Shown here: one piece after another, positions 62,498 through 64,000 of the stretch
Position numbering within the stretch: the stretch's first letter is position 1
Layout of the letters: every line of letters starts with the position of its first letter
DNA from: Seison nebaliae
Lineage: Eukaryota
Length of the DNA stretch: 64,000 bases
NCBI GenBank assembly: GCA_023231475.1
Contig: JALJEE010003072.1
Location: 1 to 64,000, forward strand
Direction: 5' to 3'
Program-made: the position numbers and the translations under genes
Notes under the pieces: model-generated
Database searches by the model: none
Told to the model about the DNA's origin: nothing
What the model saw: the letters and a program-made list of their open reading frames with translations, nothing else

Positions 62498-64000
62498 TTA
62501 AAATATCGATTGAATTAATAGGATTAAGATATTTCGAGGAAGTTTTGTGAATTGTTCACGTTCATTCTTCAAACAATATCGAAGACAATCCACATGTCCG
62601 ACGAGATTCACTAGAATTTTATCTAGAGATACTTCGTTGAAATAGGCATATTGTTTCATATCTAAGATCTCGTGAATGATATCGACAACTTTAAATTTGC
62701 CTTTTGGATATGTGAGAAATTCTAAATAAAATAATTGGACGGTGTGAACGGCACATTCTTCGATGAGAAATTCCTTCGCCGTTTTCCAAATATCCAGTAG
62801 GAGATTGATGTTAGTTTCGTTCATGACGGTTTTTGGTCGTGCTTTTCTCGATTGACACGAAAGAGGAATGTTGACCACTGAAGTTGATATATCGTTATTG
62901 ATTTCGAAGGAGAATTGGAATGTGTAGCAGAAATAAATGATGTTGAGAATGACGTCATGTGGATATTGTAAATATATAATGGTCATTTTATCATTTTCTT
63001 CTTTTTTATTTGAATATTTGATGATGGATTGAAAATATCGAGATTGATTCCACAAAATATGAGAATGAGCATATACGGAGAAATCTTCATTTTGCTCATT
63101 TTTCATAATGAATTGGAGATCGGGACGGAAAATATCTTTAGTCATTTCAGCAATCTCAAAATCCATCAAATTCAATTGATTTCGATATTTCTCCCATTCT
63201 TCCTCACTCATCGTTTCATTACCAAATCGTTGGGCATAAATGAATAAGGGTAATCTCTCCATTTGATTGAAAGCTTGAAGGAGGAAAGCATTTCTCGTCC
63301 AAAGCGGCAAATTACTTAACGACTTATTCTCTATCGAGTTGACTGGAAAGAAAGTTGGAGCAAACGTGTTCATCGCAGCTAAATGTATGCCAGCTAATGT
63401 ATACATGTTAATACTCTTATCAATTAGTAATCGGATAGCACAACACTTGAAAGCAACTCGACGAATATTCGGACGATTTATCATTCCCAACTTTGAAAAA
63501 AAAAGAGAAAAAGAATATTAAAAAATCAAATTTTTCAAATTCAAAAATTGAAATTTAACGGAATGTCTATTTTCGTGGGAGGTACTTGGAGGTTGTGTGG
63601 CTGATCTGATTCGTCGACGATAAATTGAAATAAATTGATATTTTTTATCATTTTTTCGATCTTTTGTCGGATCGATGACCGTCAACAAATCTTCGTCGAA
63701 ATCCAATCGAGCATCAATTCCAATCAGTCCGGCCGATCCGAATGTTTCATAAAAATCGAAATGATGGACATAAACATAACTAGGGAACGAGACGTAGAGA
63801 GTTCCGATCTCTCCATTTTTTACGGGAAGTGAAGCACCATTTTCTGATGAGGATGCAGGAAAATCTTTCGGCTTCCCTGTCACAAGTTTCACATCTCGAC
63901 GAATTAATTCGTTTCCTGTACATCCCGTCGCCCAAAAATATTTCAAATCAGATTGATCGATGTTCTTATTCCAACAGAATCCCTGTAACAATAAAAGTTA
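62498..64000 (-). CDS. BTB/POZ-domain protein with an N-terminal beta-sandwich-like domain; 5' end outside the window
   Basis: PDLQFIM...VYAHSHILWNQSRYFQSII...VILNIIYFCYT...LLLDIWKTAKEFLIEE is a BTB signature. Intron 63559-63491 joins the two track ORFs in frame. Confidence 0.75.

Overview
AT-rich eukaryotic (metazoan, probably protostome) genomic DNA with tightly packed genes and mostly 40-70 bp introns; there are no prokaryotic features. Genes reconstructed by hand, in order: a 3'-truncated Rad21/Rec8-type kleisin ending in an (EQ)n repeat (missed by the ORF track), TAF1B/RRN7, a ~15 kb MAGI-like multi-PDZ gene, tRNA-Gln(TTG), ARL6IP1, a tachykinin-like (FxxxR-amide) neuropeptide precursor, a coiled-coil protein, an intronless orphan membrane protein, an abLIM/dematin-like villin-headpiece gene apparently lacking LIM domains, two tandem Ly6/three-finger genes, a MAM-like membrane protein, a degenerate phosphoethanolamine N-methyltransferase homolog, a C-type-lectin-like membrane protein, Golgi alpha-mannosidase II and a BTB protein. 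Repeats include an RTE-type LINE fragment and a decayed MULE transposon beside a frameshifted ~620-aa foreign-looking ORF. The most striking window-wide signal is the splice code: almost every intron I can reconstruct starts GTT with no consensus at +4 to +6, instead of the usual GTRAGT, which suggests altered 5' splice-site recognition. All gene models are manual and family calls rest on recalled motifs, not database searches.
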